A stretch of 64,000 bases of DNA from Dehalococcoidia bacterium (GTDB lineage: Bacteria; Chloroflexota; Dehalococcoidia; DSTF01; RBG-16-68-14), in assembly GCA_040902195.1 (NCBI GenBank), contig JBBDXS010000014.1:143725-207724 (forward strand). The letters are read 5' to 3'. The notes beneath the pieces were generated by a model, which worked only from the letters and a program-made list of their open reading frames with translations, made no database searches and had not been told where the DNA came from. Shown here one piece after another: positions 25,901-35,398 of this stretch (position 1 is the first letter of the stretch; the number at the start of each line of letters is the position of its first letter). The position numbers were made by a program, and so were the translations under genes.

Positions 25901-27096
25901 CTCCCCTCTCCTGCATGCGGGAGAGGGGCCGGATGTGAGGGCCACGCCTCGACGCCACCGACAAAGACGCGCTCGATGATGATCTCGTCGTCGCAGACGA
26001 TGACGTCCGCGCGCGCGCCGGGCTTGAGGACACCGAGGTCGTCGAGGCCGAGGACGGACGCCGGCGTTGCGGTCGCCATCCGCATGGCATCGAGAAGCGG
26101 AACGCCGGCCTCGTCGCACATGAAGCGCACGGCGCGGTCCATCGAGAGCGCGCTGCCCGCGAGCACGCCGTCCTTCGTGTAGCACGAGCCGTCGCGCACG
26201 ACGACATCCTCTCCGTACAGCCGGAACGACGTCTCGTCCGTGCCGACGGGCGACATCGCGTCGGTGACGATGGCGGCGCGACCGGGGCCGCGCGCGCGTG
26301 CGGCGAGGCCCAGCAGGGCCGGATGCACGTGGACGCCATCCGGGATGAGTCCGGTGACGACATGCTCGCTCTCGAGCAGCGCGGCGATCACGCCGGGCTC
26401 GCGCTGGTGGAGCGGGCGCATCGCGTTGAAGAGATGCGTCGCGAACGTCGCGCCGGCTTCGATTCCGGCGTTCGCCTCTTCATATGTAGCGTTGGTGTGG
26501 CCGATCGAGACGGCGACGTTCGCCGCGCGCGCAGCAGCAATCAGTTCGAGCGCGCCGGGTAGCTCGGGCGCGAGCGTGATGATGCGCAACGAGCCGTTCG
26601 CCGCCTGCACGAGGCGCTCGAACATGGCGACGTCCGGCGCGACGATGTAGCGCTCGTTATGCGCGCCCTTGCGTAGCGGATTGATGAACGGCCCCTCGAG
26701 GTGCGCGCCGAGGACGCGCGCGCCTGCCACCGGCGTCTCGCTCGCGGCGGCGACGGCCGCGAGCGCGCGCGACATGTTGTCTTCCGGCCCGGTGACGGCC
26801 GTTGGCAGCATCGCCGTCGTGCCGAAGCGAACATGCGCGGCCGTCATCCGCTCGACGGCCTCGCGCGTGAGGTCGGCGCTGAGCAGCGCGCCCCCTCCCC
26901 CGTTCACCTGCAGATCGATGAAGCCGGGAAAAACGATGCGCCCCGTCGCGTCAACCTCCACGTCGGCGCGCTGCGCGGGCGCGCCCGATCGCGGGCCGGC
27001 GTACTCGATCACGCCGTCGCGCGCGAACAGCACACCGTCCGTGATGCGCTCGAATGGCGTCAGCAGATCGCCGCCGGAGATGCGGAGGGTGGTCAT
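25897..27096 (-). CDS. nagA: N-acetylglucosamine-6-phosphate deacetylase
   Basis: FPGFIDLQVNGGGG, HLEGPFINP, SIGHTNATYEE, THLFNAM. 399 aa. The last ~15 codons are encoded by a REP-like repeat. Confidence 0.9.
   Translation of the reverse strand: MTTLRISGGDLLTPFERITDGVLFARDGVIEYAGPRSGAPAQRADVEVDATGRIVFPGFIDLQVNGGGGALLSADLTREAVERMTAAHVRFGTTAMLPTAVTGPEDNMSRALAAVAAASETPVAGARVLGAHLEGPFINPLRKGAHNERYIVAPDVAMFERLVQAANGSLRIITLAPELPGALELIAAARAANVAVSIGHTNATYEEANAGIEAGATFATHLFNAMRPLHQREPGVIAALLESEHVVTGLIPDGVHVHPALLGLAARARGPGRAAIVTDAMSPVGTDETSFRLYGEDVVVRDGSCYTKDGVLAGSALSMDRAVRFMCDEAGVPLLDAMRMATATPASVLGLDDLGVLKPGARADVIVCDDEIIIERVFVGGVEAWPSHPAPLPHAGEGS
25903..25942. repeat. REP-like palindrome (copy 2, inverted relative to copy 1), inside the nagA 3' coding end
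   Basis: CCCCTCTCCTGC-AT-GCGGGAGAGGGG followed by CCGGATGTGAGGGC. On the opposite strand it aligns with 946-987 (CCCTCAC-N7-CCCCTCTCCCGC[G/A]TGC[G/A]GGAG[C/A]GGGG). Confidence 0.6.
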
Positions 27097-27103
27097 GCGG
27101 GAA

Positions 27104-27131
27104 GGGTCACGGGTCAGGGGTCAGGGGTCAA
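27104..27131. repeat. Tandem heptanucleotide repeat (GGGTCAC GGGTCAG GGGTCAG GGGTCAA)
   Basis: Four 7-nt units read directly, plus a degenerate fifth (GGGGTAC), starting 8 nt upstream of the nagA start codon. Confidence 0.65.
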
Positions 27132-27179
27132 GGGGTACCAGTCCCGGCCCACGCGCGCTATTCGAAAGGGCCGCGTCGA

Positions 27180-27201
27180 GGACAGAGCTAACGCTCTGTC
27201 C
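27180..27201 (-). terminator. Hairpin downstream of the enoyl-CoA hydratase gene
   Basis: GGACAGAGC-TAAC-GCTCTGTCC, a perfect 9-bp stem 20 nt past the stop at 27221. No clear U-tract. Confidence 0.4.
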
Positions 27202-27220
27202 CTACGGCACTCTCGAGACG

Positions 27221-28018
27221 TTACCGTCCCTGAAAGGTCGGCGGGCGCTTCTCCATGAAGGCCTTCACGCCCTCCTGGAAGTCCTGCGTGCGGAAGAGCG
27301 GCAGGAGCTGGAGGAAGACGTGGTGCACGTTGGCCTCGAACGTCTCCTCCAGGCCGAGGCGCATCATGCGCTTCGTCGCCTGGATCGCCAGCGGCGCGTT
27401 CGACGCGATCTCCGTCGCCCACTCCAGCGTGACGTTCATCAGGTCTTCCGGCTCCACGACCGCGTTCACGAGCCCGAGCTCGAGCGACTCTTGCGCCGAG
27501 AGGACCTTGCCCATGAACGCGATCTCCGCCGCCTTCGCCCAGCCGACCAGCCGCGGCAGGAGCCACGTACCGCCGCTCTCGGGCAGCACGCCTCGCTTCG
27601 CGAAGACGGCGGCGAGCTTGCCGTTCGTCGATGCGATGCGGATGTCGCAGCCCAGCGCGAGGTCCATACCGTAGCCGGCGGCCGGGCCGTTGAGCGCGCA
27701 GATCACCGGCTTGTCGGTCTGGTGGAGCACGATGGGCGGGCTGCCGGCCAGGTCGAACTTGGCGGCAGCCAGGTTGCCGTTGCTGCCGATGCCCGTCCCG
27801 GCCGTGAAGTCCTTCAGGTCCAGGCCAGCGCAGAAACCGCGGCCCGCGCCGGTAAGGATGATCACGCGGACGTCCGGGTCCAGGTCGGCGTCACGGAACG
27901 CGCGCGAGAACGATTCGAGCATGGGGCCGCTGATCGCGTTCAGTCGATCGGGCCGGTTCATCGTGATCGTAGCGATGTTGTCGCAGACGTCGTAGAGAAG
28001 CTCAGAGTAGTTAGACAT
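27221..28018 (-). CDS. Enoyl-CoA hydratase/isomerase (crotonase family)
   Basis: ITMNRPDRLNA, LTGAGRGFCAGLDL, ALNGPAAGYGMDLALGCD. GGAGGA SD. 265 aa. Confidence 0.9.
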   Translation of the reverse strand: MSNYSELLYDVCDNIATITMNRPDRLNAISGPMLESFSRAFRDADLDPDVRVIILTGAGRGFCAGLDLKDFTAGTGIGSNGNLAAAKFDLAGSPPIVLHQTDKPVICALNGPAAGYGMDLALGCDIRIASTNGKLAAVFAKRGVLPESGGTWLLPRLVGWAKAAEIAFMGKVLSAQESLELGLVNAVVEPEDLMNVTLEWATEIASNAPLAIQATKRMMRLGLEETFEANVHHVFLQLLPLFRTQDFQEGVKAFMEKRPPTFQGR

Positions 28019-28161
28019 GGCGTTCCTCCAGCAGCTAAATCGAGCGTTGCGAGTCTACCATATGCGGGAGGCCCGATTTTCGCGGGCCTAGCGGGAGGCC
28101 TGAAGGCCTCCCCTACGGTCTCGTTCCATACGCTAAGATGGCCGTCGGTAGGAGGTCTGAT

Positions 28162-28785
28162 GTGACGATTCGAGGGGTGGTCTTCGACTTCGGCGGCGTG
28201 ATCGTGAATATGCGCTGGGATATGGCCCGCAAGCTCGAAGAGGAGTACGGGCTGGAACGCACGACGCTGGTGCGGACGTATTACGACTCCGACGATTGGC
28301 GAGCCATCGAGACGGGCTCAGGCGACATCGAGCAGTGGCGCGAGGCTGCGCACCAGCGCCTCGAAGCCGTGGCCGGACGGGCGCTGCCGCTGCTGCACCA
28401 GCAGTGGCGCGAGTCCTGGGGCCCGATAGATGAGAACCTGGCGCTGATCCGCGCGCTGCGCCCGCCGTACCGCATCGCGGTCCTGAGCAACGCCGACATC
28501 ACGCTGGAGGAGCGGATGCGCAGCACGAAGCTCGACCGCCTCTTCGACGACATCGTCTGCTCCGCGGCCGTTGGGCTGGCGAAGCCCGACGCGCGGATCT
28601 ACGCGCTTGCCGCCCGGCGCCTGGCCCTCTCCGTCGAGGAGTGTCTCTTCATCGATGACATGGAGCGCAACGTCCTCGCGGCGCGCGAGGCGGGCATGGC
28701 CGCCATCCACTTTCGTGTGCACGAAGGCGATAACCTGGCGGAGCAACTGGCGGAACACGGCGTCGCGCCGGGCGCCACGCTCTAG
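28162..28785 (+). CDS. HAD-superfamily hydrolase (subfamily IA-like)
   Basis: Start moved to GTG 28162, which is preceded by AGGAGG (28150-28155). Motif I VVFDFGGVIV, LSNAD, FIDDMERNVLAAREAGM. Confidence 0.8.
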   Translation: MTIRGVVFDFGGVIVNMRWDMARKLEEEYGLERTTLVRTYYDSDDWRAIETGSGDIEQWREAAHQRLEAVAGRALPLLHQQWRESWGPIDENLALIRALRPPYRIAVLSNADITLEERMRSTKLDRLFDDIVCSAAVGLAKPDARIYALAARRLALSVEECLFIDDMERNVLAAREAGMAAIHFRVHEGDNLAEQLAEHGVAPGATL

Positions 28786-28829
28786 CGCGGCGGCGGGCCG
28801 CCGGGCATCTGGTACAACAGAGGCAAGCC

Positions 28830-31800
28830 ATGGCATCATTGCGTCTCGTCCCGTACGGAGCGCGCGCCATCGAGGCGCTGCGGGAGGCCGTCGCGTCCGC
28901 GAAGGGGGGCGACGCGCTCGCGCCGGTAACGGTCGCGGTGCCGTCGAACTACGCGGGGCTCTCGTTGCGGCGCAAGCTCGCGCTCGAGCCGGGCGGCGTC
29001 GTGAACGTGCGCTTCCTCGTCCTCGCGCGGGCCGGCGAGCTGCTCGGCGCGCCATCGCTGGCGGCGCGCGACCTGCGGCCGCTCACGGCCTCGGTGCGGG
29101 CGGAGGCGGTCCGCGCGGCGCTGGCGGAAGACCCCGGCATCTTCCGGGACGTTGCCGAACACACCGCGACGGAACGGAGCCTGGACGCGACGTTTCGCGA
29201 GCTGCGCCAGGCCGGCGACCAGGCGCTCGACGCGCTAGCGCAGCGGAGCGACCGCGCATCGCACGTCGTGCGCTTGTACCGAGGCTTCCGCGCGCGCACG
29301 ACGGCGTACTACGATGAAGAAGACCTCGCGTATGCAGCGGCCGAAGCCGTGCGCAACGCGACGCCGGCCCTGCGCGACGTGGGACACGTCGTGCTGTACC
29401 TGCCGCGACGGCTCACGCCCGGGCTGCGCGCGCTCGGCGACGCGCTGGCGGCAACACACGGGCTGACCGCGATCGTCGGGCTGACGGGAGACGCGGAGGC
29501 CGACGCGCCTGCGCGCAAGATCGCGACGCAGCTCGAGCGCGTGCTGGGCGCCGCGGACGAAGAGGAGTGCCCTCCCCCACCGATCGGCACGGAGATCGTC
29601 GCCGTCTCGGATGCAGAAGAGGAGGTGCGCACGGCCTTGCGGCTCGTGATGGAAGGCCTGGCGGCTGGAACGCCGCTGCACCGCATGGCCGTGCTCTACC
29701 CATCGACGCAGCCGTACGCGCTGCTTGGTCACGAGCAGTTCCATGCCGCAGGTGTGCCGCACAACGGCCCGGCCGTGCGCACGCTGGCGCAGACGATGTC
29801 GGGCCGGACGCTGCTGGGTCTGCTGCGATTGAAGGAGCTGGACTTCCGGCGTGACGCGCTGATGGACTGGCTCAGCGCTGCGCCCGTGCTCGAGAGCGCG
29901 AACGGAAGGCCGGCGCCGGCGCATCGCTGGGACACGCTGTCGCGAGCGGCGGGCGTCGTCGCGGGCGCGGCGCAGTGGCGCGACCGTCTCGCGCGGCACA
30001 AGCGATCGCTGGAGGGCCGTCACGCGGCGCTGTTGCGCATGGACGAAGCGAACGAGTGGGAACTGGCACGCATCGAACGCGATGTCGAGCGCGTCGGGAG
30101 GCTGGCGGCGTTCGTCGCGGAGCTCGCGGCCGGCCTCGACGTGGCGCGACAGCGGACGTGGGAGGATTACGCATCGTGGGCGCAGAAGTTGCTCGAACGC
30201 TACCTGGGGGGCGAGGGGCACCGGGGCGAGTGGCCGGACGAAGAGATCGAGGCGCACCGCTCAGTCGAGGAGGCGCTGACAACGCTCGGCGCGCTCGGCG
30301 AGCTGCGCGATCGCACAGACGAAGCGACGTTCCGGCGCGCGCTCGAACGCGAGCTGGAGTCACCGGCGAAGCGCGTCGGGCGGTTCGGCAACGGCGTGTT
30401 TATCGGACGCATCGGCGATGCGCTAGGCACGGAGTTCGACGCGGTCTTCGTGATCGGCATGAGCGAGGGGCTCGTCCCGCCGCGCTCGCGCGACGACCCG
30501 TTGCTTCCCGACCGCGAGCGCGCCGGGTTGGACGACGAGATGCCGTTGCGCACGCAGCGTCGCGCGGAAGACCGGCGCGACTATCTAGCGGCGCTCGCCT
30601 GCGCGGAGCGGCGCACACTGATCTTCCCGCGCGCCGACTTGCGCGGCCAGCGCGGACGGCTCCCGGCGCGCTGGCTGCTCGAGACGGCATCGGCGCGTGA
30701 GGGACGGACGCTGTTTAGCGCGGACCTCGAGCGGCTGCAACAGCCGTGGCTGCGCGTCGTGCCGTCGTTCGAGGGCGCGCTAGCGGATGGGCTGGAGCCG
30801 GCGTCGGAGCAGGAGTACGACCTGCGGAGTTTGTATCGATGGCGTCGCAGCGGTAAGCCCGCGGCTCAACACTACCTCGCGCTGGAGGACCCCTCGTTGC
30901 GCGCAGGGCTGGAGGCAGACGTCGCACGGCACGGCAAGCTGTTCACGCGCTGGGATGGCCGCATCACCGGGGCGAGCGGCCTTGTGCCGTCGTCGGAACG
31001 CGTCGTCTCGCCGACCGCGCTACAGAACTACGCGACGTGTCCGTTCCGCTACTTCCTGGGCCACGTGCTCTACGTTGCGGAGACGGAGCGGCCGGAGGAC
31101 ACGCTCACGATCAGTCCGATGGAGCGCGGCAACTTGATCCACAACGCCCTCGAGCGGTTCATCAAAGACGCGCCGCAACGCATGTCGCCGGAAGAGATGT
31201 GGACGGAGGAGGAACGCGCGCGGCTGCTCGCGATCGGCAACGAGCTGTGCGACGACGCGGAAGCCGCGGGCAACACGGGCCGGAAGCTGCTCTGGCGGCT
31301 GGCGCGCGCGCGCATCATACGCGACCTCGCCGGCTTCCTCGATAAGGATGAAGAGCTGCGCGCGCAATACGGCGTGGTGCCGGCGGAGGTCGAGCTGGCG
31401 TTCGGCATGCGCGACGCGGAGCAAGGGCCGCTGACGCTCACGATCGACGGCCACACGATCGCGTTCCGTGGGCGCATCGACCGCGTCGACCGCGCGCCGG
31501 ACGGAACGCGGCTGCTCGTGCTCGACTACAAGACGGGAACAATGTACGGCGTGGACAAGCTCGCGAAGGACCCCGTGCGGCGCGGCGAGCTGCTCCAGCT
31601 CCCGATCTACGGTCTCGTCGCCCAGGAGCGCTACGGCCACGTCGCGACAGAGGCGTACTACTGGTACACAAGCGAGCAGACGGACTACGAACGCGCCGGC
31701 TATCCGCTCACCAGCCGCGAAATGAACGCGTTTCAGAGCGCGATGACGGCGATCGTCGGCGGGATCGGCGCGGGCGCGTTCCCGGCGCGGCCGGGCAAGG

Positions 31801-31928
31801 ACCGCACGAACTGCACGTTCTGCGCATTCGACGCGGCCTGCGCGCGCGACCGGGAAGCCTCGTGGAAGCGCAAGCGCGTCGCGCCGGAGCTGCAGCCCTA
31901 CCTCGATCTGGCGGAGCCTGAGGACTAA
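28830..31928 (+). CDS. AddB-type helicase-nuclease subunit (inactive helicase-like region + PD-(D/E)XK nuclease with Fe-S cysteines)
   Basis: 1032 aa with no Walker A. C-terminal nuclease LVLDYKTG and four Cys (YATCPFRYF ... NCTFCAFDAAC), typical of the AddB Fe-S nuclease domain. Immediately precedes a UvrD-like partner. Confidence 0.8.
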   Translation: MASLRLVPYGARAIEALREAVASAKGGDALAPVTVAVPSNYAGLSLRRKLALEPGGVVNVRFLVLARAGELLGAPSLAARDLRPLTASVRAEAVRAALAEDPGIFRDVAEHTATERSLDATFRELRQAGDQALDALAQRSDRASHVVRLYRGFRARTTAYYDEEDLAYAAAEAVRNATPALRDVGHVVLYLPRRLTPGLRALGDALAATHGLTAIVGLTGDAEADAPARKIATQLERVLGAADEEECPPPPIGTEIVAVSDAEEEVRTALRLVMEGLAAGTPLHRMAVLYPSTQPYALLGHEQFHAAGVPHNGPAVRTLAQTMSGRTLLGLLRLKELDFRRDALMDWLSAAPVLESANGRPAPAHRWDTLSRAAGVVAGAAQWRDRLARHKRSLEGRHAALLRMDEANEWELARIERDVERVGRLAAFVAELAAGLDVARQRTWEDYASWAQKLLERYLGGEGHRGEWPDEEIEAHRSVEEALTTLGALGELRDRTDEATFRRALERELESPAKRVGRFGNGVFIGRIGDALGTEFDAVFVIGMSEGLVPPRSRDDPLLPDRERAGLDDEMPLRTQRRAEDRRDYLAALACAERRTLIFPRADLRGQRGRLPARWLLETASAREGRTLFSADLERLQQPWLRVVPSFEGALADGLEPASEQEYDLRSLYRWRRSGKPAAQHYLALEDPSLRAGLEADVARHGKLFTRWDGRITGASGLVPSSERVVSPTALQNYATCPFRYFLGHVLYVAETERPEDTLTISPMERGNLIHNALERFIKDAPQRMSPEEMWTEEERARLLAIGNELCDDAEAAGNTGRKLLWRLARARIIRDLAGFLDKDEELRAQYGVVPAEVELAFGMRDAEQGPLTLTIDGHTIAFRGRIDRVDRAPDGTRLLVLDYKTGTMYGVDKLAKDPVRRGELLQLPIYGLVAQERYGHVATEAYYWYTSEQTDYERAGYPLTSREMNAFQSAMTAIVGGIGAGAFPARPGKDRTNCTFCAFDAACARDREASWKRKRVAPELQPYLDLAEPED

Positions 31929-31930
31929 TC

Positions 31931-34900
31931 GTGCAGAAGATTGCTCCGGCGGACCAGGACGCACGCGACCGCATCGAGACGGACCTCGACGCGACGCTGT
32001 TCGTCGAGGCGGGCGCGGGCACCGGCAAGACGCACGAGCTGATCGAGCGGATGCTCGGCTTGATCGCAAGCGGCAAGGCGGAGCTACGCAAGATCGCAGC
32101 GATCACGTTCACCGAGGCTGCGGCCGCGGAGCTGCGCGACCGCGTCCGCGGGCGGCTCGAAGGCGCAGCGATGGACGAGGAGCTGTCGGAGGAGGAGCGG
32201 GAGCGCTGCCGGGTCGCGCTCACGCAGGTCGACGGCACCGCGATCGAGACGCTACACGGCTTCGCGCAGCGGATCCTGACCGAGCACCCCCTCGAGGCAG
32301 GGCTGCCGCCGTTCATCGAGGTGCAGGACGAGATACGCGCCTCGATCGCGTTCGACGAGCGCTGGACGGCGATGCTGGACGATCTGCTCGAGGACGAATC
32401 GCTGGAAGACGTACTGCTCCGCGCCTTCCTGCTGGGCATTGAGCACGACGACCTGCGCGAGATCGCGAAAGTGTTTCACGAGAACTGGGACCGGATCGAA
32501 GACGCGCACATCGACATCGTGGAGGCGCCGATACTCGACACGAGCGCGCTCGAACGCGCGCTGGACGCCCTGTGCAGCCTGCGCTCCCACTGCGATGTCG
32601 CTGACGACCTGCTCCTCAAGCACCTCGACCGCGTCGCTCGCTACCGCTCGCGTTTGGAGAAGGCGGAAGCGAACTTCGACAAGCTGCGGATCGTCGGCGA
32701 GGCGCAGGCGATCAAGTCGCGCAGCGGGAGAAACGAACACTGGCGCGGCATTGAGGTATCAGAGGTCCGGCGAGAGTGCGACCGCGTCGATGCCGCCCGA
32801 GAGGAGCTCGTTACGGCGCAGCGCGTGGCGGTACTAGGGCCGATATTGACCGCGATCAGTAATCGCGTGCTGGCCTATGCGGAGGACCGGCGCCGCCAGG
32901 GACGCCTGGAGTTTCACGACCTGCTCGTGCAGGCGCGCGACCTGCTGCGCAACGATGCGTCAGTGCGCAAGGCCGTACGCGAGCAGTACACGCATCTCCT
33001 CATCGATGAGTTCCAGGACACCGACCCGCTGCAGATCGAGATCGCCGTCCTGATCGCGCAGCCGGAACGCGACCCTCCCCTATCGTGGCACGAAGCCGAG
33101 ATCGAGGAAGGACGGCTGTTCTTCGTCGGCGACCCGAAGCAGTCGATCTACCGCTTCCGTCGCGCCGACATCGAGCTGTACAGCAGAGCACAGCAGCGGC
33201 TCTCGAAGCAGACGGTGCGTCTGACGCAGAACTTCCGTTCGGCGCGTCCGGTCATCGACTGGGTGAACTACATCTTCGAACTGATGATGGCGCCCGATTC
33301 GCTGGACGGCGCAAACCTAGGCCAGGCGCCGTACGTGCGGCTGGACCACTCGTGGGAGGCGCCGGACGGCGCGCTGACTGTTCGCGCGATCGGCAAGCCG
33401 TGGGACGGCAACGTGGCGGAAGTCCGCGAGCGAGAGGCGCGGGAGATCGCGCGCGTGATCCGCTCCGCGAAGACCGATGGCTGGCTCGTCGCGAGGACGG
33501 ACGCGCAAGGAGAGCGCCACCACGCGCCGGCGAAGTACGCCGACATCGCGCTGCTGCTGCCGACGCGCACGCCGCTCCCGCAGCTCGAGGAGGCGCTGGA
33601 GGAGGCCGGCATCCCGTACCGCGTCGAGAGCCAGTCGCTGGTGTACGACACGCAGGAGGTGCGAGACGTGCTCTCGATCCTGCGTGCGCTCGACGACCCG
33701 ACGGACCAGGTCGCGCTGATCGCGGCCCTGCGCTCGCCCGCGTTCGCGTGCGGCGACGACGACCTGCTGCGCTGGCACGAGGCGCGCGGGCGCTGGGACC
33801 TCCGGAACGAGCGGCCGGAAGCGGTCCCCGTAGACGATCCGGTCGCGCTGGCGATGGCGGAGCTGTACAAGCTACACCGGCGTCGATGGTGGGAGCCGAT
33901 CAGCGGTGTCGTCGAGGCGGTCATCCGCGAGAGGCGGCTGTTCGAGCTGGGCTTCGCGCAACGGCGCCCTCGGGAACGCTGGCAACGCCTTCGATTCGTG
34001 CTGGACCAGGCGCGCGCGTTTGCGGAGGCGGGCGGCCGGACGCTCCGCCAGTTTATCGATTGGGCGGAGCGGCAGGCGCAGGAGGGCACGCGCGTCGTCG
34101 AGACGGTCGTGCCCGACCCCGATGACGACGCCGTGCGGATCATGACGATCCACGCGGCGAAGGGGTTGGAGTTCCCGATCGTACTCCTCGCTGGCCTCAA
34201 TCTCGAGAAGGGCGGAGGCCGGAGCGACCGCGTCACGGTGCTGTGGGACGCGCAAGGCCGGCCCGAGCTGCGTGGCGGCAAGAGCGGTGCGCGCTTCGAG
34301 ACGGCAGGCTATGCGCAGCTATCTGAGCACGAAGAACTGCTCGACGCCCAGGAGAAGGTCCGCGGTCTCTACGTCGCAGCGACGCGCGCATGCGACCACC
34401 TCGTGGTGAGCTTGTATCACCGCGCGAGCAAGAGCGCCCACTCCCACGCTGCCACGCTGCTCGAACACTGCATGGCCTCGCCCGATCTCTGGGCCCACCT
34501 ACAAATCGATGAGCTCCCGCCCGCGATCGAAGCGCGCGCCCGGGAGACGTTCGACGACAGCCCGGAACGCCGCGAAGCGTGGAAGGCAACGCGACAGCAG
34601 CGTATCGTCGCGAACGAGCGGGTGCCGGTTGTAGCAGCGACGGAGATCGCGCGCGGCGCCGGCGCGGCCGACGACCCGAACCTGCACAAGGACCCGCCCG
34701 TCGAAGAGGTGCCGCCGTGGAAACGCGGCCGCGCCGGCACGGCCATCGGCCGTGCCGTCCACGCCGTACTGCAGAGCGTCGATCTCGTTTCTGGCGAGGG
34801 CGTGGACGGCGCCGCGCGCGCGCAGGCTGCGGCCGAGGGCATCGCGAACCGGGCTGGCGACGTTGCCCGTATGGTCCGGGCAGCTCTGGCATCGAACACC

Positions 34901-35398
34901 GTGCGAGAGGCCGTGACGGGTCGCTACTGGCGCGAGCTGTATGTCGCCGCACCGATCGATGGGACAGCCATCGAGGGCTTCGTCGACCTGCTGTACGAAA
35001 CGCCGGAGGGCCTCGTCGTCGTCGATTACAAAACAGACGCTGTACCGGCGACCGACCGCATCGACGACGCGATCGCGCGCTACCGGCTGCAGGGCGCGTC
35101 GTACGCGCTGGCGCTGGAGCAGGCGCTCGGAAGGCGCGTCACGCGCTGCGTCTTCCTCTTCGTGCAGCCGCGCGAGGCGGTCGAACGCGAAATCGATGAC
35201 CTGGTACAGGCCATCGAGGACGCGCGCATGGCGGTCGGGACGTTAGGAAGAGGACGGATCGAGCTTGATGCCCGCCCGGTAGATGAAGTCGATGATGACC
35301 GGGTTGACGAGATCGGGCCGCTCGAGGTGGAAGGCGTGGCGGAGCCGCGGAAAGACGCACAGCTCGGCCTCTGGGATCGCGTCGGCGAGGATCGCTGA
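31931..35398 (+). CDS. AddA/RecB-type ATP-dependent helicase-nuclease (UvrD/REP superfamily 1 + C-terminal RecB nuclease)
   Basis: Walker A EAGAGTGKTHELIERM, DEFQDTDPLQ, FFVGDPKQSIYRFRRAD, TIHAAKGLEFPIV, and nuclease motif GFVDLLYETPEGLVVVDYKTD. 1155 aa. The 3' end overlaps the convergent gene by 156 nt. Confidence 0.85.
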   Translation: MQKIAPADQDARDRIETDLDATLFVEAGAGTGKTHELIERMLGLIASGKAELRKIAAITFTEAAAAELRDRVRGRLEGAAMDEELSEEERERCRVALTQVDGTAIETLHGFAQRILTEHPLEAGLPPFIEVQDEIRASIAFDERWTAMLDDLLEDESLEDVLLRAFLLGIEHDDLREIAKVFHENWDRIEDAHIDIVEAPILDTSALERALDALCSLRSHCDVADDLLLKHLDRVARYRSRLEKAEANFDKLRIVGEAQAIKSRSGRNEHWRGIEVSEVRRECDRVDAAREELVTAQRVAVLGPILTAISNRVLAYAEDRRRQGRLEFHDLLVQARDLLRNDASVRKAVREQYTHLLIDEFQDTDPLQIEIAVLIAQPERDPPLSWHEAEIEEGRLFFVGDPKQSIYRFRRADIELYSRAQQRLSKQTVRLTQNFRSARPVIDWVNYIFELMMAPDSLDGANLGQAPYVRLDHSWEAPDGALTVRAIGKPWDGNVAEVREREAREIARVIRSAKTDGWLVARTDAQGERHHAPAKYADIALLLPTRTPLPQLEEALEEAGIPYRVESQSLVYDTQEVRDVLSILRALDDPTDQVALIAALRSPAFACGDDDLLRWHEARGRWDLRNERPEAVPVDDPVALAMAELYKLHRRRWWEPISGVVEAVIRERRLFELGFAQRRPRERWQRLRFVLDQARAFAEAGGRTLRQFIDWAERQAQEGTRVVETVVPDPDDDAVRIMTIHAAKGLEFPIVLLAGLNLEKGGGRSDRVTVLWDAQGRPELRGGKSGARFETAGYAQLSEHEELLDAQEKVRGLYVAATRACDHLVVSLYHRASKSAHSHAATLLEHCMASPDLWAHLQIDELPPAIEARARETFDDSPERREAWKATRQQRIVANERVPVVAATEIARGAGAADDPNLHKDPPVEEVPPWKRGRAGTAIGRAVHAVLQSVDLVSGEGVDGAARAQAAAEGIANRAGDVARMVRAALASNTVREAVTGRYWRELYVAAPIDGTAIEGFVDLLYETPEGLVVVDYKTDAVPATDRIDDAIARYRLQGASYALALEQALGRRVTRCVFLFVQPREAVEREIDDLVQAIEDARMAVGTLGRGRIELDARPVDEVDDDRVDEIGPLEVEGVAEPRKDAQLGLWDRVGEDR

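Noticed and set aside
28830-35398. The two large adjacent nuclease/helicase genes as a novel anti-phage defence system.
   Set aside because: The domain order is an Fe-S PD-(D/E)XK AddB-like subunit followed by a UvrD-like helicase with a RecB nuclease. That is the canonical AddAB/RecBCD-analogue repair complex, and no extra effector or sensor genes accompany it.
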